A DNA stretch of 64,000 nt, from assembly GCA_016193335.1 (NCBI GenBank), contig JACPSK010000001.1, positions 422,962-486,961 of the forward strand. The letters run 5' to 3'. Under the pieces are notes generated by a model. It did no database searches. It worked only from the letters and a program-made list of their open reading frames with translations, and was not told where the DNA came from. A program made the translations under genes and the position numbers. Positions 48,917-57,107 of this stretch are shown here, piece by piece. Source of the DNA: Candidatus Magasanikiibacteriota bacterium (lineage in GTDB: Bacteria; Patescibacteriota; Patescibacteriia; Magasanikbacterales; UBA922). Each line of letters starts with the position of its first letter. The stretch's first letter is position 1.

Positions 48917-49849
48917 TCAAGTCTCCAAAAACTCCTCAACCAACTTCTCGCAGTCTTCATAAGAATCCACCCAGTGGATCCGCGTGTCCCTTTTGAACCA
49001 AGTCATCTGCCTCCTCGCGAAACGTCTTGTATCCCGCTTCAAAATTTCCACGGCCTCGGCCAAGCCCAGGCCGGTTTCGAAGTAATCTTTGAACTGTCTG
49101 TATCCTATGCCATTCATGCTTGAAAGCTCCCAGCCGTACTTTTGGGAAATCAATTTTTGAATTTCATTCAAAAGACCTTTTTCAATCATGGTATCAACTC
49201 GTTCAGAAATCCGCGCGTGCAAGACTTCTCTCGCTACTTTCGGGGCTATCTGCAAGACATCGAACAGAGCTTCTCCTTTCTGTTTTTGATCTGAAAATGA
49301 AGCTCCGCTTAAAATACAAACTTCAAGAGCACGGACTACGCGGCGCTTATTGCGCTGATCTATGTTCGAAGCAGCCTGAGGATCCATTCTTTTAAGCAAA
49401 TCAATGAGTTCTTCATTGGTTTTTTCTCCCAGACTTTCGCGCAATGTCGTGTTGCCCGGTACCTTTGGTATGCTAAAATTATCAACTATAGAATTGATAT
49501 AAAGACCGGTGCCACCAACCAAAATCGGAACTTTTTTTGACCTCTGAACCGAGCGAATATGTTTTATGGCCTTGTCTTTAAATTCAGCCACGGAAAAATG
49601 TTTTCCAGGATCCAAAAAATCAATCAAATAATGGGGTATACCCTCCACATAATAGGCTCCTTTCAAACCGTTTCGCCTCCATTCACCCTTGGCCTTGGCT
49701 GTGCCGATATCCATTTTTTTGTAAATCTGTCTCGAATCCGCTGAAATAATTCTTCCATCGAATTTTTGAGCAAGCCCAAGGCTCCAGGGGGTTTTGCCAC
49801 TGGCCGTAGGGCCAAGAATAACGATGAGTTTGGGCAATTTTTTCTTCAT
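48917..49849 (-). CDS. miaA: tRNA dimethylallyltransferase
   Basis: IVILGPTASGKT…ISADSRQIY. Confidence 0.9.
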   Translation of the reverse strand: MKKKLPKLIVILGPTASGKTPWSLGLAQKFDGRIISADSRQIYKKMDIGTAKAKGEWRRNGLKGAYYVEGIPHYLIDFLDPGKHFSVAEFKDKAIKHIRSVQRSKKVPILVGGTGLYINSIVDNFSIPKVPGNTTLRESLGEKTNEELIDLLKRMDPQAASNIDQRNKRRVVRALEVCILSGASFSDQKQKGEALFDVLQIAPKVAREVLHARISERVDTMIEKGLLNEIQKLISQKYGWELSSMNGIGYRQFKDYFETGLGLAEAVEILKRDTRRFARRQMTWFKRDTRIHWVDSYEDCEKLVEEFLET

Positions 49850-49915
49850 ACAAGAGTCCCCATTTTTTTAGAAACACGAATCAATCCGCCGATCGTCGAT
49901 TTTATCATGCGTTAA

Positions 49916-51280
49916 TTATGAGAGGGATTTATATTTCTTTCCCCACAAAACCCATTCTTCACAGCGTTCAAGCAGAATCGGAATCATTTTCCCCACATCG
50001 CTTTCATCCCCCTGAAAATGCGCCCGCTTCATCTCCCTTGAATTTCCTTTACACCAGCCATTATCATGCTGGTCTACCAAAACACTCGCCACAGTTCCCT
50101 TGTATGCCTGATTTTTCTCGAGCGCCCGCTTCTCCATGAGATTCTGCAAAATCCACCATCTCCTTTTTTTCTCTTCTTTTGAAACGGTATCTTGAAAGAC
50201 TTTGTATGAAACCGTGCCGCTCCGAGGTGAATATTGGGCATTATACGATATGTCAAAATCACAGCGTTGATACAAACTCACGGTATCTTGAAACATGGCC
50301 TCGGTCTCTCCGCAAAATCCCACTATAATATCAGTCCCTATGGCCATGGCCGGGTGCTTTTCTCTGATACGATCCACGGTTTGGATATAATATTCTCGGT
50401 CATGGCGCCTGTTCATCTTTTTGAGTATTTCATCATTGCCGGATTGCACCGGCAAATGAATATAATTTACTTGTTTCGGAAGCCCGAGCGCGTCTACGGC
50501 TTCCTCGTCCATGTACAAGGGATGAGGCGCGGTAAAATGAACCCGGTCTATGCCGGGTATCTGATTTATTTCCCAAAGAAGCTTCGCAAAATCATTTCGC
50601 GAGTATGGATTGGCAGAAGAAAAATGCCGCGGATCAGGAGCGATATAGTGATTTACAATCTGTCCGAGCAGGGTTATTTCCAGACATCCCTTGTCCGCGA
50701 GTTCACGAATTTCATCAAGGATATCTCTCAGACTCCTATTTTGTTCCAGCCCACGAGAAAAGGGAACCACGCAATAGGTACAAAAATGATTGCAGCCTGT
50801 CTGTATAGTGACAAAAGCCTGAAAGGATTTTTGGTAACTTGGACGCAATTGGAGATAATCTTTTTCTATATTCTCCATTGAGCGCAAATTCGGATTCAAC
50901 TCTGAAAGCCATTTGGGGAGATACACCATGTCTTTGGTGGGAAAATACAAATCAACTCCATTTAATTTTGCTTTCATTTTGCCATCTTTATCTCTTCCCG
51001 GCATACAGCCAGTGACGCAGACGATAAGGTCCGGTTTATTTTTTTTATACTCCAAAAATTTCTGACTAAGCCCATATATCCTGTCTTCGGCGCTTTTTCG
51101 GACAGAACAGCTATTCATAACAATCAAATCGGCCATTCCCGGATTTTCTGTTTTATTCATGTCAAGGCCGAGCAAAATAGACTCCAAGCGTTCTGAGTCG
51201 TTTTTGTTCATCTGACAACCCAAAGTGATGATATGATATTGGAGCTCGGGCTTTGTTTCCATTTTTTGATCTGTTGTCAT
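49916..51280 (-). CDS. miaB: tRNA-i6A37 methylthiotransferase (radical SAM)
   Basis: CNHFCTYC (radical SAM) and an N-terminal MTTase domain (ITLGCQMN). The start is taken at MTTDQK. Confidence 0.9.
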   Translation of the reverse strand: MTTDQKMETKPELQYHIITLGCQMNKNDSERLESILLGLDMNKTENPGMADLIVMNSCSVRKSAEDRIYGLSQKFLEYKKNKPDLIVCVTGCMPGRDKDGKMKAKLNGVDLYFPTKDMVYLPKWLSELNPNLRSMENIEKDYLQLRPSYQKSFQAFVTIQTGCNHFCTYCVVPFSRGLEQNRSLRDILDEIRELADKGCLEITLLGQIVNHYIAPDPRHFSSANPYSRNDFAKLLWEINQIPGIDRVHFTAPHPLYMDEEAVDALGLPKQVNYIHLPVQSGNDEILKKMNRRHDREYYIQTVDRIREKHPAMAIGTDIIVGFCGETEAMFQDTVSLYQRCDFDISYNAQYSPRSGTVSYKVFQDTVSKEEKKRRWWILQNLMEKRALEKNQAYKGTVASVLVDQHDNGWCKGNSREMKRAHFQGDESDVGKMIPILLERCEEWVLWGKKYKSLS

Positions 51281-51341
51281 AGACTTAAAAGTCCTCGGAG
51301 TATAGCGAGAGAATAACAAAAAATCAAGGTTCCCGAGCGTA

Positions 51342-51370
51342 TTGACCGAAAAAAAAATTTACCATATACT
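51342..51370 (+). promoter_or_regulatory. orphan strong promoter TTGACC-17-TATACT followed by ~250 nt without a convincing ORF; candidate sRNA or long 5' leader
   Basis: Motif read directly. The track ORF at 51342 starts inside the -35. Confidence 0.35.
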
Positions 51371-51624
51371 TCTACGGCGGTTCTTTAAGAATTTTTGTGA
51401 CTGCGACTTCTGCCCCAGAATCTCAATAATCGGATGCACATGGAGCTATCTTCAAACAAAAACAACTCTTTCGGGGGGAAATTTTAAAATCGAGGAATAC
51501 AGACGTATGGGAACACTATTCGGAAATATCTGCTACTACCGCCTTAACCCAAATAATTTTGAACGATCCTAGAGATTAAAGATTTCAAATTGTTTAAAAA
51601 TTGTAAATTAAAAAAATTTAAATT

Positions 51625-52191
51625 ATGTCTACTTTCCCACACGAAGGACTCCCCGTACAGCCACTACAAAACGAAGACCAAAAACATCCCCAAAGACGTC
51701 ATCTGAGAGCTGTAACCGATCCGGATGAAACAGAAACTCAAAGCAGGGAAGCACTGCTCAGACAGAGGCGAGAGCTTCTCGAGAGAAAAGCGCAAATAGA
51801 ACGCGATTTTGCTAGCCAGATAGCGGCACTGAACGAAGAGTTAAAAACAGTAAACGACTCCATATTGGGCATTTCGGATACGCATAATTCGGGAGTCCGC
51901 AATCGCAAACGCGAAAAGGCACTTGAGGCATACGCAAGAAGCCCTGAATCTCTCATTGAGCATTGTATAATAACAATCACACTGAGACGCACGGACATAG
52001 AACGTTACCAAAGTATGCTCGCTGGAGAACGAAAACGCCAAATAAGCGAAAAAGACAGGCAAGCTTTGACAGATGAAAAAATCGAAGCAAACATCAAGAC
52101 GCTCCAAGAAGATATAGATAGAGCCTGGGACCGAATTAAAGAAATAAGCTCAAACATAAATGAATCCGAAAGAGAACAAAAGGTCGCCTGA
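51625..52191 (+). CDS. hypothetical coiled-coil protein
   Basis: ORF rich in heptad-like E/K/R. It is preceded by an aaattgtaaattaaaaa motif. Confidence 0.4.
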   Translation: MSTFPHEGLPVQPLQNEDQKHPQRRHLRAVTDPDETETQSREALLRQRRELLERKAQIERDFASQIAALNEELKTVNDSILGISDTHNSGVRNRKREKALEAYARSPESLIEHCIITITLRRTDIERYQSMLAGERKRQISEKDRQALTDEKIEANIKTLQEDIDRAWDRIKEISSNINESEREQKVA

Positions 52192-52294
52192 GCGCAGAAC
52201 CCAATTCTTTGTTCGATGATGATAAAATACCTAAAGCCCATAAAAACACAACGCGCTCAGCCGGTTGCTGAGCGCTCATTCCTCCTTCTCGTTG

Positions 52295-52666
52295 TCATCC
52301 TTCCCCCGCCTCGGTGCGAGACAGCCAGGTCTCCGCGTCGTTGCTATGTCTTATCAGCATACCGCCGAGCAAGGATGCTTCCACGGCTTCATCGGCCGAG
52401 AAGACGAGCAAAACCGCTCCCGGCAGAACCGCTTCCTCGGAGGCCACATAGACCTCTAAGTCTTCGGGGGGGAACCCTTTTCCTCTCATATCTTCAAGGA
52501 GCAAATCTATCCAGATAATCTCCGCGGCCCGGAGAATCCAGGCCAGCTCGCCTGACTCCGAACGGCTCTCACAGAGAACCTGGATCTCAAACTTGCCCAC
52601 CTCGGGGCGCTCAATACAACGGACCACCAAAGGCGGCCCCAAAACCACAACTCCTGCGTTCCGCAT
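52295..52666 (-). CDS. hypothetical small acidic protein (GC-rich)
   Basis: ORF with G/C-rich codons. A hairpin gcgctcagc-cggtt-gctgagcgc lies downstream. Confidence 0.35.
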   Translation of the reverse strand: MRNAGVVVLGPPLVVRCIERPEVGKFEIQVLCESRSESGELAWILRAAEIIWIDLLLEDMRGKGFPPEDLEVYVASEEAVLPGAVLLVFSADEAVEASLLGGMLIRHSNDAETWLSRTEAGEG

Positions 52667-52735
52667 TTGCCGTCTCCTTTAGTGTTCCGAATATAGGACT
52701 CTACTGTAATAGGGACGACTTGTCAAGTAGGGGGG

Positions 52736-52939
52736 TACGGATAGCACGGATCTACAGATCAACAGATAATACAAACAGTGCATTATTGTGGGGTGTGATA
52801 CAAAATAGATAACTTTGATCTGGGAATCCGTAGATCAGTAGATCCGTGCTATTTTACAGGTCAACGAGTAATTCAAATGGTGGATTATGTAGAATGTGAT
52901 TTGGAAATCCGTAGATCAGTAGATCCGTACTATCCGTAC
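52736..52939. repeat. three copies of a ~26-32-bp GATC-rich motif (…atccgtagatcagtagatccgtRctat…): one inverted (52736-52761) and two direct (52826-52857, 52905-52939)
   Basis: Read directly, in a 310-bp non-coding region between divergent genes. Confidence 0.55.
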
Positions 52940-52998
52940 TTTACAATAGACAAAAAAACTGCTATACTAAGGGTAATTTATATTTCTTCTTTTCATAT

Positions 52999-53754
52999 AT
53001 GGGTGAAACAAGCAGATTCGCCGCGGAACCCGGGCTGAGAAAGCCAAGCGAACCGAAGCATGATGATCATGCGATTAGTCCTGGCGAAGAAGAGTGGTTC
53101 GAAACGCGCACAGACCTTCCCTATCCCACTGACCCTCAAGAAACACGGACCATGGTAGATTGGGATGGCACCGACATCGGGAGCCCCAAAGAGAGCGGTC
53201 AACTGCGCGACGACAGACCACGATCAAAGCTAGAACGGAGAAAACGATACAGCCAAGAAGAGGCTGATGTTTTGGTTGGCGACTTGGCTTCTGTGGCCGC
53301 GGAGTTAAAACAAGAACCGCAAGCCGCTTCTGACACAAAACCAAGAGCCGGGCAAAATAAGGACGTTTCTTCAACTAGCCTCAAAGAGGTCGGCATTAAA
53401 CTCGAAGTCCTCGGAAACAATCTCAATCTTCTGAAGAGACTCCAATCCATGCCGGATGATAACGCTGAAAAACAATTACACCTGCGGCAGATGGGCTTTC
53501 CCAACAATTTAGAACTTGAGACACGAATTGATCAGGTGCAAAAACAAATCATGGAAGCGCAGGAACACAGAAATTTTCTTGAAATTGCTCCTCCCACTGA
53601 TTACGAAAAGGAACATGGCAATACTGGCTTCGACCAGGCGGCATGGTTCGCCGATGAAGATGAAGCGCCACGAGTAGTCGAACGCATACTGCGTGAAAAA
53701 GGAGAACAACAACTAGAGCCGGAAGACTTTGATGAGATGAATGAAAGACTCTAA
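52999..53754 (+). CDS. hypothetical acidic protein
   Basis: ORF only. Confidence 0.4.
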   Translation: MGETSRFAAEPGLRKPSEPKHDDHAISPGEEEWFETRTDLPYPTDPQETRTMVDWDGTDIGSPKESGQLRDDRPRSKLERRKRYSQEEADVLVGDLASVAAELKQEPQAASDTKPRAGQNKDVSSTSLKEVGIKLEVLGNNLNLLKRLQSMPDDNAEKQLHLRQMGFPNNLELETRIDQVQKQIMEAQEHRNFLEIAPPTDYEKEHGNTGFDQAAWFADEDEAPRVVERILREKGEQQLEPEDFDEMNERL

Positions 53755-53773
53755 AAATTAATCGCAACATTTT

Positions 53774-53800
53774 AAAAACACCCGGAAGACGGGTGTTTTT
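53774..53800. terminator. bidirectional intrinsic terminator (aacacccg-gaaga-cgggtgtt flanked by A and T tracts)
   Basis: Lies between convergent genes. Confidence 0.6.
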
Positions 53801-53835
53801 ATGTAACATTAAAGCTCAAATTCGAAATTCTTTTG

Positions 53836-55584
53836 TCATTTAACTCTATTCTGAATTTCTTTCTGGAGCCTGGCCACAAATTCTTTTTTGGAAATCATTT
53901 CCTGGTCTGCTTGCCCCCGGAACCGTATGTTCCAATCCTTGCCGCTGATTTCGTTTTCCCCCACTACCACAATGTATGGAATTTTTTGTTTCGTGGCTTT
54001 GCGAATTTTTTTGCCCACGGTCTCGTCTGTACTGTCCACTTGAACGCGAATGTTTTGCGCTTTCAATTCATCGGCGAACCGCTTTGCTCCATCCGCATGT
54101 TTGTCATTGGACACGGGAATAAAATGGACTTGCACGGGCGACAGCCACAAAGGAAAATTGCCTGCCGTGTGCTCTATGTACACGGACAAAAACCGCTCTA
54201 TGGAGCCCATCAGCGCGAAATGAACCATAACCGGTGTTTTATCTTCTCCGTCTTTGTCCGTATAGGTCAAGCCAAAACGAGCCGGCTGTACAAAATCAAG
54301 CTGTGGAGTGGCCACCTGCCATTCGCGGCCAATCGCGTCCAAGGCCATGAAATCTATCTTCGGGCCGTAAAAAGCCGCTTCTCCAAAGGCCTCGTAATAA
54401 TCAAGTTCATTTTTCTTTGCTATATCAAGAATGATACTCTCGGCTTTGTCCCATAACGCCGCTTCTCCCAAATATTTTTCCGGCTGAGCTTTATCCCGAT
54501 ACGACAAACGCGCGCGGAGCTTCATACCAATGGTTCCATAAAACTCTTTTACCACTTTTATGAGAGCCCCATATACTTCTTCAATTTGTTCGGGCGTGCA
54601 AAAGGTGTGGCTGTCGTCCTGGGTTATCGAACGCACGCGGGAAAGCCCCAGTAATTCTCCGGCCTTTTCATCGCGGTAAATCGTGGTCGTTTCCATAAAT
54701 TTAAGCGGCAAATCACGGTAACTCCGAGGTTCTGACGCGTATATCTGCTGATGATGCGGACAATTCATGGGTTTCATTACCATTTGATCATCCGTTTCCT
54801 GGCTCTTTACCAAAAATAATTCAGCGCCGAATTTGGCCCAATGTCCGGAGGTTTCGTATAATTCTTTTTTCGTGATATGCGGAATCCAGACTCTCTGATA
54901 TCCGATCCCAACGCGCAAATCTTCCGAATAACGAGTGAGTTCGTCGCGGAGTACGGTTCCTTTTGGAGTAAATAAGGGGAGACCGGAGCCTACCATTTCC
55001 GAAAAAGTAAAAAGTCCCAATTCTTTTCCGAGTTTCCGATGATCGCGCTTTTTAGCTTCTTCGAGCATGTTTATATAAGCATCCAACTCCTCTTTAGTCG
55101 GGAAACAGGTTCCATAAATTCTGGTCAGCATCTGGTTTTTTTCATCCCCGCGCCAGTAGGCCCCCGCGACCGACAAAAGCTTGAAATGCTTCATGTCCTG
55201 ATAAGGTTTCTCGCAATGCCCGCCTTTGCAAAGGTCCACAAAATTTCCCGGATCATTGATCGTTATTTTTTTGCCCTTTTTGGCGAATTCCTCAAGAAGT
55301 TCCAATTTATAAGGATTATCCTGAAAGAGCATCCTTGCTTCATCAAGATCCACCTCTTTATGTTCGAAAAATTTCCAACTCCTTACGATTTCACGCATTT
55401 TTTCTTCAATTTTTGGAAGATCATTTTCTGAAATTTTTACCCTGCCAAAATCAAAATCCTGATAAAATCCATCTTCAATAGAAGGCCCAATAGCGTTATG
55501 GGTCCCCGGCCACAATTCTTTAACAGTCTTGGCGAGCAAATGGGCGCAGGAATGACGGAGATTGTTGAGATGTTCTGAATTCAT
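53836..55584 (-). CDS. thrS: threonyl-tRNA synthetase
   Basis: HSCAHLLA (editing domain), class II motifs, and a C-terminal anticodon-binding domain. Confidence 0.95.
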   Translation of the reverse strand: MNSEHLNNLRHSCAHLLAKTVKELWPGTHNAIGPSIEDGFYQDFDFGRVKISENDLPKIEEKMREIVRSWKFFEHKEVDLDEARMLFQDNPYKLELLEEFAKKGKKITINDPGNFVDLCKGGHCEKPYQDMKHFKLLSVAGAYWRGDEKNQMLTRIYGTCFPTKEELDAYINMLEEAKKRDHRKLGKELGLFTFSEMVGSGLPLFTPKGTVLRDELTRYSEDLRVGIGYQRVWIPHITKKELYETSGHWAKFGAELFLVKSQETDDQMVMKPMNCPHHQQIYASEPRSYRDLPLKFMETTTIYRDEKAGELLGLSRVRSITQDDSHTFCTPEQIEEVYGALIKVVKEFYGTIGMKLRARLSYRDKAQPEKYLGEAALWDKAESIILDIAKKNELDYYEAFGEAAFYGPKIDFMALDAIGREWQVATPQLDFVQPARFGLTYTDKDGEDKTPVMVHFALMGSIERFLSVYIEHTAGNFPLWLSPVQVHFIPVSNDKHADGAKRFADELKAQNIRVQVDSTDETVGKKIRKATKQKIPYIVVVGENEISGKDWNIRFRGQADQEMISKKEFVARLQKEIQNRVK

Positions 55585-55925
55585 ACAAAAAATATATAAA
55601 GGTTTTATACCTGTATTATCTCCTCAGCTCGGAAATGGAAAAACTACCATTTTTCCATTTCGCTCGCCTACGTCGATAATAAAAACCCCGATACGCTTCT
55701 CTGCACGACGCATAGAGACGTATCGGGGCCCTAAATTTTTAGGACGGTTCCACCCGACATTTTACTTATATGGCATGTCCCGACACTCCCGAAGTGGTGC
55801 CTGGCGCTGTCTCTGAAGATGGCTCTCAATGTTGCCATCTCTCCCTGTCAGAGATTGTTACGCTGGACTGGTTTCGGTTCAAACGTGTCAACATAAACAT
55901 TACTCCAGCTCAAAATCCTTGTCAA
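55585..55925 (-). promoter_or_regulatory. thrS promoter (TTGACA-17-TAATGT, 55897-55925) plus a ~310-nt leader with a T-box-like core and terminator; candidate T-box riboswitch
   Basis: The minus-strand leader contains aaaatgtcGGGTGGaACCGtcc (T-box consensus AGGGTGGnACCGCG), followed by a ccccgatacg…cgtatcgggg hairpin and then TTTTT. Confidence 0.45.
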
Positions 55926-55938
55926 GCGCTCTAAAATC

Positions 55939-57090
55939 TTATTCAACTTGGCGTAAAACAATCTGCACATGATCTCCCACATGGGGCACGGTGCGATTCC
56001 ACAAGGGTCTAAAATTCGTATCCACGCTCTGCACATGATCAAGAGAAAGCAAATACCTTCGCACTTCATCTTCTGTTTTTCCAAAAAACATGATTTTTTG
56101 AAGATCTTTGCTGTTTGGATCAAGAGTCGCCAGAGCGCTAAAAGAAACTTCGAGCGTAGCTTCCCATTTTTCTACATTGTAATCACCCAAGGCCGCCGAA
56201 GGTTCGAGATCACTTGATTGTATCATTTCATTGGAATCCACGATTTGTTTTCCAAGCATGGTAAGAGCTTGGGACTTCAGTTCGGCCTCATCGTACAGTA
56301 CGCCAAGGGCAGTGGCTCTGCCCTTCAATGTAAAGGAATCTGTTTCAGTTCCCACTTCGACATCTGATTCCACAAGCTTTTGAATCAATGAAACGAGTAC
56401 CTTCTTGTCTGGAAACTTTTCTTTGAAAAGTGTTTCCGCCTTTTTCTTTAACTCTTCTTCTACCAGTACAGACGCGGAATCTATGTCCTCTTTACTGACT
56501 ATGCCCACCTGTTTGATCCCACCGGACATGGATTCCAAACTTTTGGCGTATATAACTTTTTGCAAAGTCTGATTAAGACCAGGAATAATAAAATCACCAG
56601 GGGGGATATCACCGCTTGGTCCCGACTGATCCGCGTATACTTCCGCCTCAATGGAGGAAGCGGCCGGAACCAAAACGCGCTGTTTTAGTCTAAATAAAAC
56701 TTGATCTTTATTCAAAAGACGGGTGGTGGCGACGAGGGGCTGGTCCGCGGATCCATCATTATACAAGGTTACCCGTCCGGATGCTATGCCGTTTTCTTCG
56801 CGAACACCTTTTGGTTTAGCCGTTTGCTCGTCGGTCACCACGGTACTGGTAACAAACCCGGATACAGGGCTTGCTTTTACTTCTTCCAACCTTCCCAGAC
56901 TGACGGAAAAATGAGTTTCCACTGGCTCCGGCTTAGTCGTTACCGTGATAGTAGCCCGTTTTGATGACATAAAAACAATCAGAGCGAGTAAAATTATGGT
57001 AAGCACCAAAAAAGATAAGGCAACGAATTTATAAAATCGAACAGGCTGTCCCAGGGGATCATTTATCTGGCCTCTTTTCTTATGAACCAT
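55939..57090 (-). CDS. hypothetical membrane-anchored protein, possibly pilus-associated
   Basis: An N-terminal TM helix; immediately downstream of the pilB-like gene on the same strand. Confidence 0.4.
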   Translation of the reverse strand: MVHKKRGQINDPLGQPVRFYKFVALSFLVLTIILLALIVFMSSKRATITVTTKPEPVETHFSVSLGRLEEVKASPVSGFVTSTVVTDEQTAKPKGVREENGIASGRVTLYNDGSADQPLVATTRLLNKDQVLFRLKQRVLVPAASSIEAEVYADQSGPSGDIPPGDFIIPGLNQTLQKVIYAKSLESMSGGIKQVGIVSKEDIDSASVLVEEELKKKAETLFKEKFPDKKVLVSLIQKLVESDVEVGTETDSFTLKGRATALGVLYDEAELKSQALTMLGKQIVDSNEMIQSSDLEPSAALGDYNVEKWEATLEVSFSALATLDPNSKDLQKIMFFGKTEDEVRRYLLSLDHVQSVDTNFRPLWNRTVPHVGDHVQIVLRQVE

Positions 57091-57107
57091 ACGAAAAAGG
57101 AAAAAAA

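Noticed and set aside
51342-51572. Track ORF 51342..51572 (76 aa)
   Set aside because: It starts with TTG inside the -35 hexamer of a promoter and encodes an implausible peptide. The region is treated as untranslated.
52680-52990. CRISPR array or replication origin interpretation of the GATC-rich repeats
   Set aside because: There are only three copies, one of them inverted. The spacers are not uniform and no cas genes are present. There is no run of DnaA boxes, and dnaA/dnaN are absent. A regulator-binding-site array is more consistent with what is there.
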